From: Spirochaetia bacterium
GTDB lineage: Bacteria > Spirochaetota > Spirochaetia > UBA9216
DNA length: 64,000 nt
Assembly: GCA_965140585.1 (NCBI GenBank)
Contig: OZ223269.1
Span: forward strand, 416,001-480,000
Reading direction: 5' to 3'
Shown here: positions 41,472 to 51,372 of the stretch, one piece after another
Layout of the letters: each line of letters starts with the position of its first letter
Numbering within the stretch: position 1 is the stretch's first letter
The notes under the pieces: generated by a model
What the model was told of the DNA's origin: nothing
Seen by the model: only the letters and a program-made list of their open reading frames with translations
The model's database searches: none
Translations under genes and position numbers: made by a program

Positions 41472-42896
41472 TTGATGATTCAGCTTTACCTGTTTAAAAA
41501 GCTTATCTTCTGCAGTCTTGTATTTTGTATATTTCAGCAGAGTGTTTATGCAGATTCTGAAAGTATATATGCCGGGCTTGACAGCAGCGGACTGTTTAGG
41601 GCCCGGTATAAGGCTGACACCGGAGCCGGAGTTTTTTTTATTCTTTCCTCTTTTGAAAACGGCAATTTTGATTTTGCTGAAGCCGGGTATTCAGGCTCTT
41701 GCTTTACCGCCGGCCGGCTGAAGTATACCGGGCTTCTTTCCCGATTTTTTAATCCCGGCGGCGTTACGCTTTCCGGAACAAAAGAGTTTACCCGAAGCGG
41801 CTGGACTGCTACATCGTCCTTTAGCCGTTCTTCAATATTCGGACTTGCATTTGAAACCGACAGCTGTAATGCCTGGCTGCTCCGATTTAACAATAAAGCG
41901 CTTAATGCGGGGTTTATGACACATCCATTGAAGGCTGAAATTGATTCTGCAGCCGTATTCGACAGCACACTAACAGCTGCTGCAGGATTGACCCATACAG
42001 CAGAACTTAATGACTCATGGTTCGCAGATCATGCACAGCTGCCTCAGCAGCATATATTCTTTATTCGGACAGGTGCTTCCATGTCGTTTCCTCCGGGCCG
42101 TAATGCATCACTTATGAATCCTGCCGAGAGTGATAAACCTGCTTTAATGTTTGATTTAACAGCCGGAGGCTCCTTTCCGGAAAAGACAGAGAAGGGATAC
42201 AGCTGTTCAGGCTTTCTTTCTGCAGGCGGCAAGCTTCTGAATGCAAGATTTAATGCAGTATGGACGGGAAAGAACTTCATCAGAGCAGACGGAGAATATG
42301 CTGCTGACAGTCTGGCTGCCGGAGCGGGTATTTACAGTTCTATCAACCTTCCAGGACTTGTTCTCGATTCATCAGCCTCATATACAATTCAGAACTCAGC
42401 AGAACCGATTATTCCATCTATCAATATTCCAGGTGATAGAAAGGTTTCAGCTAAAATAAAACTTAGTGCCGGAGCATTATCGATGAGTACAGAAGGTTAT
42501 AAAAAAACAAATTATTACAGTAACGGTACTCAAATGGATTCTTACATTGTAAAAAGCTCTATATATTACAGCATGGCCTGCTGCACATTGGGTACAGGCG
42601 GAAAATATTTTTCTGAACTTGAATCAGACGGCGGTTTCTGCGGCGAAATAACAGCATATTTTCTATTCACTTTTTTTACTGACAGAATTGAAACGGAATT
42701 AACCGCTGAAACTGTTCTGGATTATGATGGAGAGCGGGCAGAGCCTGAAAATTATAAATTAAGTATAAAAAATGAGTTCTGCAGCGAAAGATATAGTATT
42801 GAAGCCGATATCGGCCTTGACATCATTCCTGAATCATCAGAACATTCAAACTCGACATGCTTTAATCCTTTTTTCAAATTGAGTTTCAGGAGTTGA
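41472..42896 (+). CDS. hypothetical exported protein, possibly beta-rich outer-membrane protein
   Basis: Signal peptide (VYA|D), Gly/Ser/aromatic-rich alternating strands; start uncertain (41472 or 41475). Confidence 0.6.
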   Translation: MMIQLYLFKKLIFCSLVFCIFQQSVYADSESIYAGLDSSGLFRARYKADTGAGVFFILSSFENGNFDFAEAGYSGSCFTAGRLKYTGLLSRFFNPGGVTLSGTKEFTRSGWTATSSFSRSSIFGLAFETDSCNAWLLRFNNKALNAGFMTHPLKAEIDSAAVFDSTLTAAAGLTHTAELNDSWFADHAQLPQQHIFFIRTGASMSFPPGRNASLMNPAESDKPALMFDLTAGGSFPEKTEKGYSCSGFLSAGGKLLNARFNAVWTGKNFIRADGEYAADSLAAGAGIYSSINLPGLVLDSSASYTIQNSAEPIIPSINIPGDRKVSAKIKLSAGALSMSTEGYKKTNYYSNGTQMDSYIVKSSIYYSMACCTLGTGGKYFSELESDGGFCGEITAYFLFTFFTDRIETELTAETVLDYDGERAEPENYKLSIKNEFCSERYSIEADIGLDIIPESSEHSNSTCFNPFFKLSFRS

Positions 42897-42944
42897 TGAA
42901 AAGTTGACAAATATTCAATTGGTGAAAAAAAGTACAATAATTCA

Positions 42945-42973
42945 TTGAACAAATAAAACATTGGGTTTACAAT
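42945..42973 (+). promoter_or_regulatory. sigma70 promoter of second ackA
   Basis: TTGAAC-17-TACAAT, flanked by a 12-nt direct repeat AAAAAAAGTACA. Confidence 0.65.
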
Positions 42974-43022
42974 CCTTTAAAGTAAAAAAAGTACAGAAAG
43001 TTAACGCAAACAGGAGCATGAG

Positions 43023-44246
43023 ATGGAAAAACTACTTGTTATCAATTGCGGCAGCTCGTCGCTTAAGTATGAAGTATATGCGATGCCTGAGAAAAAAAGT
43101 CTTGGTAAGGGCTTAGTCGAGCGAATCGGGTCGGATGAAGGAATCATAACCCAGAAATCTGATAATGGCGTCATTGAGATTAAGCAGCCGCTTCCTGATC
43201 ATTCAGCAGCCATGGCTCTGGTCAAAGATGCACTTACTGATCCGGAGAAGGGTATTCTCAAAAATATTTCTGAAATTACCGGTGTCGGACACCGAACTGT
43301 ACATGGCGGAGAAGATTATGCCTCATCTGTAATAATTGATGATGATGTAATTAAAGCAATTGAAAAGAATATTGAACTTGCTCCTCTGCATAATCCTGCG
43401 AACCTTACCGGTATAAAAGAGGCAATGGAGATGCTTCCGGGAGTAAAGCAGGTTGCAGTATTTGATACCGCTTTCCACCAGACACTTGCTCCCTCCTCAT
43501 ACCTTTATGGATTACCGCGGGAGCTCTACGATAAATATAGAATCAGACGCTACGGTTTTCATGGAACCAGCCATCGCTACGTTTCAAATGAAGCTGTGAA
43601 ACTTATGAAAAGATCAGTTGAAAATACGAATGTAATTTCAGCTCATCTTGGAAACGGTGCATCAATAACCGCAATCAAATCAGGAAAGTCTGTTGAAACT
43701 TCAATGGGTTTTACACCTCTCGAAGGTCTTGTTATGGGAACCCGAAGCGGTGATATAGATCCTCAGATTCTGATGTTTCTGATGGATAAGGGATATACAC
43801 CCGCACAGCTGAATAAAATGCTAAACAAGGAAAGCGGCCTTCTGGGACTTTCGGGAGTTTCAAATGATATGCGTGATCTTCATAAGGCTGCCGAAAGCGG
43901 TAATCAGAATGCTCAGGAAGCTCTTGAAGTATTTGCGCACAAGATTAGACAGTACATCGGCGCCTACGCAGCAAACCTTATCAAGCTTGACGCACTTATA
44001 TTTACAGGCGGAATAGGTGAGAATGACGTTAAAACCAGAGAGATGATCTGTCATCAGCTTGAAAATATCGGAATCTTCATGGATTACGAAAAAAACAAGC
44101 AGAACGGTTCGGCTCCCGGAATTGTCTCAATGGATTATTCGCCTGTCTCAATTATTATCATGCCTACCAACGAGGAACTTCAGATAGCAATTGACACCTA
44201 TGAGCTGATATTCGGGGATAAGGTGTGGATGCTCCTTAAATCCTGA
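43023..44246 (+). CDS. ackA: acetate kinase, second paralog
   Basis: NCGSSSLK, APLHNPAN, RRYGFHGTSH, HLGNGAS, TNEEL. Confidence 0.95.
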   Translation: MEKLLVINCGSSSLKYEVYAMPEKKSLGKGLVERIGSDEGIITQKSDNGVIEIKQPLPDHSAAMALVKDALTDPEKGILKNISEITGVGHRTVHGGEDYASSVIIDDDVIKAIEKNIELAPLHNPANLTGIKEAMEMLPGVKQVAVFDTAFHQTLAPSSYLYGLPRELYDKYRIRRYGFHGTSHRYVSNEAVKLMKRSVENTNVISAHLGNGASITAIKSGKSVETSMGFTPLEGLVMGTRSGDIDPQILMFLMDKGYTPAQLNKMLNKESGLLGLSGVSNDMRDLHKAAESGNQNAQEALEVFAHKIRQYIGAYAANLIKLDALIFTGGIGENDVKTREMICHQLENIGIFMDYEKNKQNGSAPGIVSMDYSPVSIIIMPTNEELQIAIDTYELIFGDKVWMLLKS

Positions 44247-44255
44247 TATCAGAAA

Positions 44256-45593
44256 TTATAGATTAAGCATGTGCCTTGCAATCTCAAAATAGATTGTGAG
44301 GCCGGCTACGTCGATTACTGTTGCCATCAGCGGGGCTGACATCACTGTCGGGTCAAACCCAAGCCTGCTGATGAGCAGCGGTGCAATTATTCCTACAATA
44401 GACGAAAACAGCACCACAAAGCCGAGGGAGGCTCCGATTGTTACAGCCTGATAAAAGCCTATACCTGGCGGAAGGAAGTAGCTACGAAGCAGAATGACGC
44501 AGCCAGTAATAACTCCCATAAGCAGGCCGACAAGCAGTTCCTTTAACAGGACTCTTCCCGCGTCTCTGGGGTAAATTTCACCGGTAGCAAGACCGCGGAT
44601 CATCAGAGTGGACGACTGGCTCCCCGAATTACCTCCTGTCTGTGTTATGACAGGCATAAATACGAACAGAAATGCTGCGGATGTAATCAGATGGTTGTAA
44701 TGATCAACAACATTTGTAGAAATAGTTCCAAGAATCAGCAGGATGATAAGCCAGGGCACTCTCTTTTTAACAAGCCCCCATACCGAAGTATCAAGGTAAG
44801 GATCAATGTTACCGTCCATGGCTCCCATCTTATATGTATCCTCGGTATGCTCCTCACGGATAACGTCGATAATATCGTCGAATGTTACAATACCCAGCAT
44901 CTGATTACGGCTGTCGACTACCGGGAGGGCTATGAGGTCATAGGCTTCAAGAGTTTTTGCAACCTCTTCCTGGTCGGTTTCTTCACGTACGGAAACATAG
45001 TTTGTTTCCATTATCTCGCTGATCTTTTTATTATCATTTGCTGTCAGAAGCTCCCGCAGAGATACTACACCTGACAGCCTCTGCAGATCATCAAGCACAT
45101 AGATATAGTAAACGGTTTCAACTTCCACAGCCGCGCGGCGTACAAAACTTATTGCCTGAGCTATGCTGGTTCCGGCACGAACTGCCAGATAGCGCGGAGT
45201 CATCAGACCTGCAGCATCATCTTCATCAAACCTTAAGAGGAATAATGTTTCCTTCTTTGCCTCTTCACTAAGGCTGTTCCATGCGGATTTTCTTACCTCC
45301 GGAGAAACAGACTGTATAAAGTCGGTAAGGTCGTCCGGATCCATCTCGGAGAGAATCTGCCCGAGACTCTGTTCAGAAAGTGATTCAATCAGTTTCTCCT
45401 GTTCGGAGTAGGACAGGGCGTTCATAAGGTCGACTTTGCTGTCCAGTGAAAGAAACATAATTACCCGAAGGGCTTCATCGTCTGACAGGCTGTGCCAGCC
45501 TTCAACCAGATCTGCAAGGGGGATTTCATTTAAAACCGCTCTGAGTTCCTCCGGAGGCATTTCTTCTAAATTAAGTTTTTCTTTAAGATCCAT
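44256..45593 (-). CDS. mgtE: magnesium transporter MgtE
   Basis: N-domain, CBS pair, GGNSGSQ, DPTVMSAPL.AT..D. Confidence 0.95.
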   Translation of the reverse strand: MDLKEKLNLEEMPPEELRAVLNEIPLADLVEGWHSLSDDEALRVIMFLSLDSKVDLMNALSYSEQEKLIESLSEQSLGQILSEMDPDDLTDFIQSVSPEVRKSAWNSLSEEAKKETLFLLRFDEDDAAGLMTPRYLAVRAGTSIAQAISFVRRAAVEVETVYYIYVLDDLQRLSGVVSLRELLTANDNKKISEIMETNYVSVREETDQEEVAKTLEAYDLIALPVVDSRNQMLGIVTFDDIIDVIREEHTEDTYKMGAMDGNIDPYLDTSVWGLVKKRVPWLIILLILGTISTNVVDHYNHLITSAAFLFVFMPVITQTGGNSGSQSSTLMIRGLATGEIYPRDAGRVLLKELLVGLLMGVITGCVILLRSYFLPPGIGFYQAVTIGASLGFVVLFSSIVGIIAPLLISRLGFDPTVMSAPLMATVIDVAGLTIYFEIARHMLNL

Positions 45594-45691
45594 AATTCTA
45601 CCTCCGGATTAATTGATATGTATTTACAGGATAACCTTATTAGGCTTTTAAGGGAAGCGGGAGCTTCATCGGATATTGCCACGGGCTTATA

Positions 45692-46615
45692 TTACAGTCC
45701 GGTGAAATCACCGACAAATCTTACCTCAGGTTCAAGACTGAAGCCGTAGGCCTCAAAAACTTTTTCAGCGGTCAGCTTTATGAGGCGGTAGATGTCGGAT
45801 GAGCTGGCTGTCCCGGGATTAATAATGATATTGGCGTGCTTCTCTGATATCATGGCTCCACCTTCCTTCAGTCCCCGCAGACCGAGTGAATCAATTATCT
45901 GTCCGCTGGGCTTACCGAACTCCCGATTATTTTTAAAAATGGAACCTGCACAAGGGGCGGCATAATGTCCCTTACTTTCACGATCTGATCTGTTAGCCTT
46001 CATCACTGCTTCAATTTCCGGAATATTTCCCTTTTCAAGACTGAACGAGGCTGAAAGGATTATACTCTTATTGCTTTGAAAGGGAGAGTGCTTGTATTTA
46101 AAATCTTCAGGTTTAAAAGCGTAGTCGACAGGTTCAAGATTCAGGTCAAGGTATCTTACCGACCTGAGTATGTCGGAAATTGATCTTCCGTAGCACCGGG
46201 CATTCATCCAGACTGCTCCGCCGATAGTTCCGGGCATCCCGTAAAATGAATCAAAACCCTGCAGTCCTGCTTCACAGGCTTTTTCTGCAATACGGTCAAC
46301 TACTGCTCCGCAGCCGGCGTTGAGTATCCCGCCGATTTCAACATCAATACTGCTAAGTGATCCTGTATCTACAACGGCGCCCCTTATTCCGCTGTCTGCT
46401 ACAAGCAGATTAGAACCTCCGCCTATAATGAAACAGGGAACTGTTTCAGAAGCAAGTGTCTGCAGAAGGTTTATAAGGCTGTTCTCATCGGAAGGCTTAA
46501 TATAAACATCTGCATTCCCGCCTGTTTTAAACGTAGTGTGCTCAGCCATTGGTTCATTAAACCGGATTTCGCCGCCGATGTTGATTTTTTTGAGTATATT
46601 CCGTAAATTAGTCAC
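45692..46615 (-). CDS. murB: UDP-N-acetylmuramate dehydrogenase
   Basis: HTTFKTGG, GGGSNLL, PGTIGGAV.MNA, GSIFKN, KHAN, LEPEV. Confidence 0.96.
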   Translation of the reverse strand: MTNLRNILKKINIGGEIRFNEPMAEHTTFKTGGNADVYIKPSDENSLINLLQTLASETVPCFIIGGGSNLLVADSGIRGAVVDTGSLSSIDVEIGGILNAGCGAVVDRIAEKACEAGLQGFDSFYGMPGTIGGAVWMNARCYGRSISDILRSVRYLDLNLEPVDYAFKPEDFKYKHSPFQSNKSIILSASFSLEKGNIPEIEAVMKANRSDRESKGHYAAPCAGSIFKNNREFGKPSGQIIDSLGLRGLKEGGAMISEKHANIIINPGTASSSDIYRLIKLTAEKVFEAYGFSLEPEVRFVGDFTGL

Positions 46616-46666
46616 AGCGGTATTCTATCTGAAATTCCGTGATATTACCATATGCCGGAGGCAATT

Positions 46667-48076
46667 GTGCAGATTCGACTTTATAACACACTGGGCCGTG
46701 AGCTTCAGGAACTTAAACCTGTAAAAGAGGGTAAAGTCGGACTATACTGCTGCGGCCCTACTGTTTACAACTTCGCTCACATAGGAAACCTTAGAACCTA
46801 TATCTTTGAAGATATCCTTAGAAGAGCTCTTGAATATGCAGGGTTTAAGGTTAATCATATCATGAACATTACCGATGTCGGCCATCTGACCGGTGATACT
46901 GATGACGGCGAAGACAAGATGGAGAAAAGTGCCAGGGAAACAGGAAAAACTCCTGAAGATATTGCCGCTTTCTATACCGAGGCTTTTTTTAACGATACTC
47001 AGCGGCTTAATATTCTGAAACCCTCAACATCATGTGCGGCGACAGACCATATCGGCAACATGATAGGCCTCATCAAGCGGCTAGAAAAAAATGGATTTAC
47101 CTACGTTTCCGGCGGAAATGTATACTTTGATACCTCAAAGTTCCCGTCCTATGGCGAGCTTGCACTGCTTGACAGACAGCAGCTTCGCGACGGCGCAAGA
47201 ATTGAGGTTGATACAAACAAGAAAAACCCCAGAGACTTCGTTCTCTGGTTTACCAACTCAAAATTTGAGAATCATCTCATGCAGTGGGATTCCCCCTGGG
47301 GAAGCGGCTATCCGGGATGGCATATTGAATGTTCGGCTATGAGTATGAAATACCTCGGAGAGACCTTTGATATCCACTGCGGAGGAATTGACCACATTCC
47401 GGTTCACCATACCAATGAAATAGCCCAGTCAGAGGCTGCCACCGGCAAGAAGTGGGTCAACTACTGGGTACATGGCGAGTTTCTGCTGATGGATAAGCAG
47501 AAGATGGCTAAATCTGCCGGTAATTTTATTACACTCCAGACTCTTGTTGACAGCGGTTATGACCCGCTGGATTATAGATATTTCTGTCTCGGCGGGCACT
47601 ACAGATCACAGCTTGTATTCAACTATGAATCACTTGATGCTTCAAGGAACGCCAGAGTTAATCTGAATGACAGGGTAATTGCTCTTAAATCGGCCGTAGA
47701 GCCTGCAGAGGTCAATGCAATTTCCGAATCTGCTGCAAAATATCTTACCGATTTTGACGGACATCTTGCCAACGACCTGAATGCTCCGCGTGCTCTTTCT
47801 GAGATGTGGCAGCTTCTCAAGGACAGCAGTATAAGTGAGCAGGACAAGCTTACAGCAGTACTGCAGATGGACAGAGTGCTCGGTCTCAGGCTGGATGAGC
47901 TGGAAGCTGCACTCCCGGAGCTGACAGAAGAGGAGGCTGCGCTTGTACAGCAGAGAGAGGATGCCCGAAAGTCAAAAGACTGGCAGAAAGCCGATGAAGC
48001 AAGAGATAAGCTGCTTTCCATGGGTATAATCATAAAAGATACCCCCCAGGGGCCGAGATGGACAAAAAGAGTGTAA
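46667..48076 (+). CDS. cysS: cysteine--tRNA ligase (canonical)
   Basis: CGPTVY, HIGN, PGWHIEC, HHTNE, KMAKS, anticodon domain ([15 protein letters not shown]); GTG start after GGAGG. Confidence 0.97.
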   Translation: MQIRLYNTLGRELQELKPVKEGKVGLYCCGPTVYNFAHIGNLRTYIFEDILRRALEYAGFKVNHIMNITDVGHLTGDTDDGEDKMEKSARETGKTPEDIAAFYTEAFFNDTQRLNILKPSTSCAATDHIGNMIGLIKRLEKNGFTYVSGGNVYFDTSKFPSYGELALLDRQQLRDGARIEVDTNKKNPRDFVLWFTNSKFENHLMQWDSPWGSGYPGWHIECSAMSMKYLGETFDIHCGGIDHIPVHHTNEIAQSEAATGKKWVNYWVHGEFLLMDKQKMAKSAGNFITLQTLVDSGYDPLDYRYFCLGGHYRSQLVFNYESLDASRNARVNLNDRVIALKSAVEPAEVNAISESAAKYLTDFDGHLANDLNAPRALSEMWQLLKDSSISEQDKLTAVLQMDRVLGLRLDELEAALPELTEEEAALVQQREDARKSKDWQKADEARDKLLSMGIIIKDTPQGPRWTKRV

Positions 48077-48098
48077 CCTCAGCGCAGGAAAGTTGTTT
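48072..48098 (+). promoter_or_regulatory. putative ECF-sigma autoregulatory promoter
   Basis: TGTAAC-16-TGTTT directly before ATG 48102; resembles the general AAC/(C)GT ECF promoter pattern. Confidence 0.5.
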
Positions 48099-48101
48099 AT
48101 T

Positions 48102-48629
48102 ATGGTAGACGATGAAAGGGCCGTGGATTCCTTCGAACAGGTCTACTCTGAAGTTTTTCCTGTTCTTATAAAAATAGCCTATCATATCACCGGAAATCCG
48201 GATGTCGGAGAGGAACTCTGTCAGGAAGCTTTTCTTAAATATATATCACGTCCTGTCGGAATCCCAACTATCGAACAGTCCAGATACTGGCTGATAAGGG
48301 TGGTCAAAAACCTTTGTTTTAATTATGTTAAAAGAAAGGGAAGGGAATCACGGGCTGTTGATCGTATTAAGCTGCTTCCCCAGACAGATAATGGGACCGG
48401 GGAAACTGACCTTTTGAACAAGGAACGGATTGAAACAGTCAGGAAGGCTTTAATGGAACTTCCTCTTAATCTGAGAACCGTTTTGATTTTTAAGGAATAC
48501 GGTCAGCTGAATTACAAAGAAATTGCTTCCATTCTTAGAATTACAGAAGGGAATGTGAAGGTCAGAGTATACAGAGCCAGGTCGATATTGGAAGAGATTC
48601 TTTCAAGGGAGGATTTTGATGTGTCCTGA
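48102..48629 (+). CDS. ECF RNA polymerase sigma factor
   Basis: EELCQEAF, WLIRVVKN, LNYKEIA.IL...EGNVKVR.YRAR. Confidence 0.93.
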   Translation: MVDDERAVDSFEQVYSEVFPVLIKIAYHITGNPDVGEELCQEAFLKYISRPVGIPTIEQSRYWLIRVVKNLCFNYVKRKGRESRAVDRIKLLPQTDNGTGETDLLNKERIETVRKALMELPLNLRTVLIFKEYGQLNYKEIASILRITEGNVKVRVYRARSILEEILSREDFDVS

Positions 48630-49155
48630 CAGACAATTACTGTCTGCTTTTTATGACGGTGAGCTTGATTCAAAATGGCATGATGAGGCCGAATCCCATA
48701 TTAAAAATTGTACAGACTGCAAAGATACTGTAAACAGTTATACCGCTATCGGCGGTTTACTTTCGGAATCAATCGTTCCGGAGCAGCAGCTGCGAATGGC
48801 AAGAGTTGCCGCAACTCTGGAGCGCAAAAGGCAGATGATGCCCGAACGCAATATTTCCAGGGTTATAAGTATGCCTCTGCCTGTATTTGCCGGTGCTGCC
48901 GCCGCTATGCTTATAGTTTTGTTCCTGGGGCTTTTCCTTCTTTTTACTACGGGCAGAACAACTGAATATGTTGCTGAAGAAATCAAGGATGATGTCCAGG
49001 ATTTTGAGGTTATAAGCCTTGAAGATGCTGCCGCCTACATCTTTGCCAGTGATGAAGGCTTTGATCTTCTTATCACAATACCTGCCGGTGATACCCCTGC
49101 TATGACCGGAGAACCCCAACTTATCCGAAAAGCTGATTATCATCGGGGGCAATAG
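48619..49155 (+). CDS. zinc-finger (zf-HC2) anti-sigma factor
   Basis: C..LLSAFYDGEL..HIKNCTDC, one TM, acidic periplasmic tail; GGGAGG RBS. Confidence 0.88.
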   Translation: MCPDRQLLSAFYDGELDSKWHDEAESHIKNCTDCKDTVNSYTAIGGLLSESIVPEQQLRMARVAATLERKRQMMPERNISRVISMPLPVFAGAAAAMLIVLFLGLFLLFTTGRTTEYVAEEIKDDVQDFEVISLEDAAAYIFASDEGFDLLITIPAGDTPAMTGEPQLIRKADYHRGQ

Positions 49156-49649
49156 TGCGAAGGAGTATAAGCAGAATTGTACTCCTGCTGGTTTCTGTGC
49201 TCGGGGTAAATGCACAGAATGCAGGTTTCGATTTTGATTTTATAAAAGGCAAAAAACTTGAGATTAACCTCGTTACCAGGGGGCTTGGTACTGACAATGA
49301 AACCCTCTGGCATATGGAAAGCAACAGGATCGCTGTATCGGGTGAAGCTGTAAAAGTAAAGCTTTCAGGTGATAATCTCGTTGTTATAGCAAATATCACC
49401 CCTTATCTCAACGAAGACAACACTGTCTTTCTTGTGGCTAAAGGCGAAATTTTTCTATCCAACAATACTGACAGTAAGGAAGTTAAATACTATACTACTC
49501 TGAAAAGTCTTCCGGTTAAATTCGGTGAGACTGCTGTATTTTTTCCGCTGGGGATGGCATATGATTCCGACAGCAATGTATACAGCATCGAAATGGATAT
49601 TCAGGTTCTATCAGTAGAAGATGACTCTGACTCAGTAAGGACGGAATGA
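49155..49649 (+). CDS. hypothetical exported protein
   Basis: Signal peptide VNA|Q; coupled to the anti-sigma gene. Confidence 0.75.
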   Translation: MRRSISRIVLLLVSVLGVNAQNAGFDFDFIKGKKLEINLVTRGLGTDNETLWHMESNRIAVSGEAVKVKLSGDNLVVIANITPYLNEDNTVFLVAKGEIFLSNNTDSKEVKYYTTLKSLPVKFGETAVFFPLGMAYDSDSNVYSIEMDIQVLSVEDDSDSVRTE

Positions 49650-51301
49650 TAAAAACTCTTTTTAAAAACCGGTTATTTCTCCCAATTGTTATTCTCGCAG
49701 CGGTTATTGCAGGATTTGTAGTCAATGCTTCGGGTATTTACCGTTTTCCTGTAATCAGTTCCATTGAACCCGATGTAGCATATCCCGGAGAAAATATCAG
49801 AATTATCGGAAGCAATTTCGGAAGTGTACGAAGCGGAGTTGAGGTCCGAATAGCCGGTGTACGGGCTATGTCTAATGATTATGAGAAATGGTCTGATAAT
49901 GAGATAATTGTAAGAATTCCCGAAGATGCTGATTCCGGTCTGGTTACAGTAAAAACCAGGCGTAAGGTAAGCAATGGTGTTCTTTTTACCAACCGGGAAC
50001 ATATTCCGGTTATTCTTTCCGGCCCGCAGAAACCCGGTTACCCTTATATGGAGTCCCTATCGCCTGAAAGCGGATCGGTAGGAAGTCTCCTAACTATAAA
50101 AGGTCTGAATTTTGGTCATGAAAGAGGTACTGCGGAAGTTTTTTTTGCGGCTGCCGGGCTTGATGAAGAAGCTCCCGGAGGTGATGATTCACTTGCAGGG
50201 ATGATAGTCTGTTCCGAAATTGATTATGATTATGACAGCTGGGATGATCAGCAGATAAATGTATTCATACCCGACGGTGCTTCATCAGGAAACATCAGAA
50301 TACAGACTGACAGAGGCATCAGCAACGCACTCTATTTTGAAGTTGAAGATAATTCCGGTATTAAAAATTATACTGATAAGAAAGGCTACCAGATAGAATA
50401 TGGTGTTGATATTAACAGGGTAGACGGCAATGTTTCCAACAGCCTTGATCTCTGGATACCTGTAGTTCGGCCGGGCCTTGAACAGAGAAACGTCGAGACT
50501 ACTACAGAACCTGCTCCGCTATGGGAGAATTATCTGGGACTGATGCGTTATTCATTTTCAGATATTACAGATAACGAAACAAAACAGATAAATATTCAGA
50601 CCTGGTTTGAATGTTATGCTATAGAAACAAGGGTAAATACCGCAAAAGTTCAGACGCGGTATAACGAGGATCGAAGGCTGTTCAAGGTTTATACACAGGC
50701 TGAAACATTAATACCCTCCGGGGATGATACAGTCAAACGGTGGTCGTCATCTGCTGTTGGCCGTGAACGCAACCCCTACCGCAAGGCTGAAAATATTTAT
50801 AACTATCTTCTCAAGAACCTCGAATATAGTTTAAAACCTGCAAGCACGCTGATTACAGAAAATATAAACAGCGGCGAGGGTGATTCATATACATATTCAG
50901 TGCTTTTTGCTGCAATGTGCAGGGCGGCAGGCATTCCCGCCCGTCCAGTTGCCGGTGTGCTTATCTACAATAATAAACAGTCAATAAATCATTACTGGGC
51001 TGAGTTTTACCTTGAAGGCTACGGCTGGATACCTGTCGATCCGGCCCTTGGTGACGGCGCCAGGTTCGGTAATTTTCCTCTTGCGGATGAGACTCAGCCG
51101 GCATCGTATTATTTCGGCAGCCTTGATAACCAGCATCTCACTTTTACCAGGGGTGTAATACCGGTCCGGCAGATTGCTCCTGAAGGAAAAATTGTTACAA
51201 GGAAGGGGCTTTTCTCCTTACAGACTATTTATGAAGAATCTGCGGGATTATTTTCATATTCTTCATTATGGCGCTCTGTAAGGGTAGTTAATTGGTGGTA
51301 A
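49646..51301 (+). CDS. IPT/TIG-domain protein with transglutaminase-like domain
   Basis: Two IPT repeats (I.G.NFG..W.D..I.V.IP.A.SG); GDSYTYS..RAAGIPAR..HYWAEFY..GWIPVDP. Confidence 0.85.
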   Translation: MIKTLFKNRLFLPIVILAAVIAGFVVNASGIYRFPVISSIEPDVAYPGENIRIIGSNFGSVRSGVEVRIAGVRAMSNDYEKWSDNEIIVRIPEDADSGLVTVKTRRKVSNGVLFTNREHIPVILSGPQKPGYPYMESLSPESGSVGSLLTIKGLNFGHERGTAEVFFAAAGLDEEAPGGDDSLAGMIVCSEIDYDYDSWDDQQINVFIPDGASSGNIRIQTDRGISNALYFEVEDNSGIKNYTDKKGYQIEYGVDINRVDGNVSNSLDLWIPVVRPGLEQRNVETTTEPAPLWENYLGLMRYSFSDITDNETKQINIQTWFECYAIETRVNTAKVQTRYNEDRRLFKVYTQAETLIPSGDDTVKRWSSSAVGRERNPYRKAENIYNYLLKNLEYSLKPASTLITENINSGEGDSYTYSVLFAAMCRAAGIPARPVAGVLIYNNKQSINHYWAEFYLEGYGWIPVDPALGDGARFGNFPLADETQPASYYFGSLDNQHLTFTRGVIPVRQIAPEGKIVTRKGLFSLQTIYEESAGLFSYSSLWRSVRVVNWW

Positions 51302-51372
51302 ATATGTTTATGATTAAGAGTATGGACGCCGATATTATAAAAAGAATAAAACTCTTTCTGGTTAGGTGAGGT

